DNA from: Clostridia bacterium
GTDB lineage: Bacteria; Bacillota; Clostridia; Christensenellales; DTU072
Direction of reading: 5' to 3'
Assembly (NCBI GenBank): GCA_017533505.1
Contig: JAFXIB010000098.1
Span: forward strand, 1-46,393
Length of the DNA: 46,393 nt
Shown here: positions 45,304 through 46,393 of the stretch, piece after piece
Numbering within the stretch: position 1 is the first letter of the stretch
Layout: every line of letters begins with the position of its first letter
Position numbers and translations under genes: made by a program
The notes under the pieces: generated by a model
Database searches by the model: none
The model's input: the letters and a program-made list of their open reading frames with translations, nothing else
Told to the model about the DNA's origin: nothing

Positions 45304-45350
45304 ATAACCTAATCCGAACACCATGTTCAGATTGGGTTATTTTTTTATTT
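45304..45350 (+). terminator. Strong intrinsic terminator with no annotated gene immediately upstream
   Basis: The compound hairpin has an outer stem ATAACCTAATC/GATTGGGTTAT and an inner stem GAACA-CCA-TGTTC, followed by T7ATTTT. Confidence 0.75.
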
Positions 45351-45430
45351 TCCGTTATCATTAATCGTTAAGACAATATACTTATCAGTAATCTTTTATA
45401 CTCTTGTTTATATGTTTTTGATTTTTGTTA

Positions 45431-45465
45431 TTGAAAACATTTTCTTTTTATCTTATAATTATAAT
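45431..45465 (+). promoter_or_regulatory. Promoter for the GH20 gene with tandem -10 boxes, possibly leaderless
   Basis: The sequence is TTGAAA (45431-36), a 17-nt spacer, then TATAAT (45454-59) followed directly by a second TATAAT (45460-65). The ATG is at 45467, and there is no SD sequence. Confidence 0.5.
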
Positions 45466-45466
45466 T

Positions 45467-46393
45467 ATGATTATACCAAGACCACAAAAGATTAATTTGC
45501 TTAATGAAAAAGGATATTCTATTGATAATGTCTTTGATATAGAAGATCTCGCTTGTAACGAAATTCAAGACACTACTCTTCCAAGCGAAGGGTATATTCT
45601 TGCGATTAAAGAAAATATGGTTGAACTAAAATATAAAGACCATATTGCAAAAGAGCGCGCAAAAGCCAGTTTAACACAACTCGTTAAGACTTGCGGGCAA
45701 GAAATCCCCGCTATGATTATTGAGGACGCTCCCAGAATTCAAATGCGTGCGTATATGTTAGACGTCGCAAGATACTTTTTTAGTGTTGAAGAAGTATTAA
45801 AACAAATCGATTATCTTGCTCTTTACAAGTTTAACACTTTACATTTACACCTTAACGACGACCAAGGTTGGCGTGTCGAAATAAAAGCCTTTCCAAAACT
45901 TACCGAAATTGGAAGTATTAGACGCCGAACCTTATTTAGATTGAAAGAGCATAAAGGATACTATACTCAAGATGATTTACGAAAAATAGTAGATTATGCC
46001 CATTCAAAAGGAATCCGCGTTATCCCGGAAATAGACGTCCCGGGGCACTTTCAGTCTGCACTTGCTGCATATCCAGAGTTTGGCTGTTTCGGCAGAAAAG
46101 TAAAGGTCGCTGAAAATTTTGGAGTGAAATTTGACGTAGCTTGTATTGGTAAAGAAAACACCGTTGATGCTATAAAAACCATTATTAAAGAATTAATGGG
46201 TATATTTACTGACGAATACTTCCACATCGGCGGAGATGAAGTCCCATCCCAACGTTGGGAATTGTGCCCCCATTGCAAGCAAAAATACATTAAACTCGGT
46301 TGCAAAAACTATAATGAGTTCCAGGCTCATTTTATGAATGAACTAGGTGCGTTTATAATCGACAACGGAAAAACGCCTATCATGTGGAATGAA
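45467..46393 (+). CDS. GH20 beta-N-acetylhexosaminidase (3' end outside the window)
   Basis: I translated this ORF by hand; it is open to the window end and absent from the supplied track. Translation gives MIIPRPQKI..., HLHLNDDQGWR, IPEIDVPGH and HIGGDE, the GH20 catalytic signatures. Confidence 0.8.
   Translation, partial: MIIPRPQKINLLNEKGYSIDNVFDIEDLACNEIQDTTLPSEGYILAIKENMVELKYKDHIAKERAKASLTQLVKTCGQEIPAMIIEDAPRIQMRAYMLDVARYFFSVEEVLKQIDYLALYKFNTLHLHLNDDQGWRVEIKAFPKLTEIGSIRRRTLFRLKEHKGYYTQDDLRKIVDYAHSKGIRVIPEIDVPGHFQSALAAYPEFGCFGRKVKVAENFGVKFDVACIGKENTVDAIKTIIKELMGIFTDEYFHIGGDEVPSQRWELCPHCKQKYIKLGCKNYNEFQAHFMNELGAFIIDNGKTPIMWNE

Noticed and set aside
46051-46305. An 84-aa minus-strand ORF near the window end.
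   Set aside because: It is antisense to the GH20 reading frame, which carries unambiguous catalytic motifs (HIGGDE).

Overview
This 46.4-kb window comes from a low-GC Firmicutes/Clostridia-like chromosome. Markers are rpsF-ssb-rpsR, yyaC, mfd, a secA-prfB-serS operon, and sigma-A type TTGACA/TATAAT promoters. About 33 protein genes are present, mostly on the minus strand and mostly housekeeping. There is also an esterase-like/GH31/GH78 glycan cluster, a CsoR-controlled P1B metal ATPase and one tRNA-Ser(GCU). No CRISPR array, integrase, transposase or recognisable defence genes were seen. Five things are not explained by ordinary annotation. (1) A family of ~125-nt long-hairpin elements has three complete copies, one right-half copy cut by the window edge, one degenerate copy and one isolated half copy. 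The complete copies sit directly against the stop codons of minus-strand genes. They share an invariant asymmetric apical module, while their arms differ between copies yet stay self-complementary, which is covariation. (2) A ~3.2-kb cassette of foreign codon usage is bracketed by copies of that element. It carries a fused MacB/FtsX-type ABC transporter and a chain of three ATGA-overlapping micro-ORFs that ends at a strong terminator. (3) A 31-nt duplication of the 5' part of tRNA-Ser heads a 77-nt tRNA-like but non-decoding structure, co-transcribed upstream of the real tRNA. A second island with the same foreign codon usage follows (ACT-ACT-MBL protein, GH20 hexosaminidase). (4) A GCGCGC-type palindromic box lies in the -35/-10 spacer of four separate promoters. 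(5) Several core or enzyme genes look structurally degenerate or minimised: guaA with a vestigial amidotransferase domain, AlaRS without C-Ala, and an esterase fold with Gly in place of the nucleophile Ser. All functional calls come from motif recognition by eye; no database search was possible.
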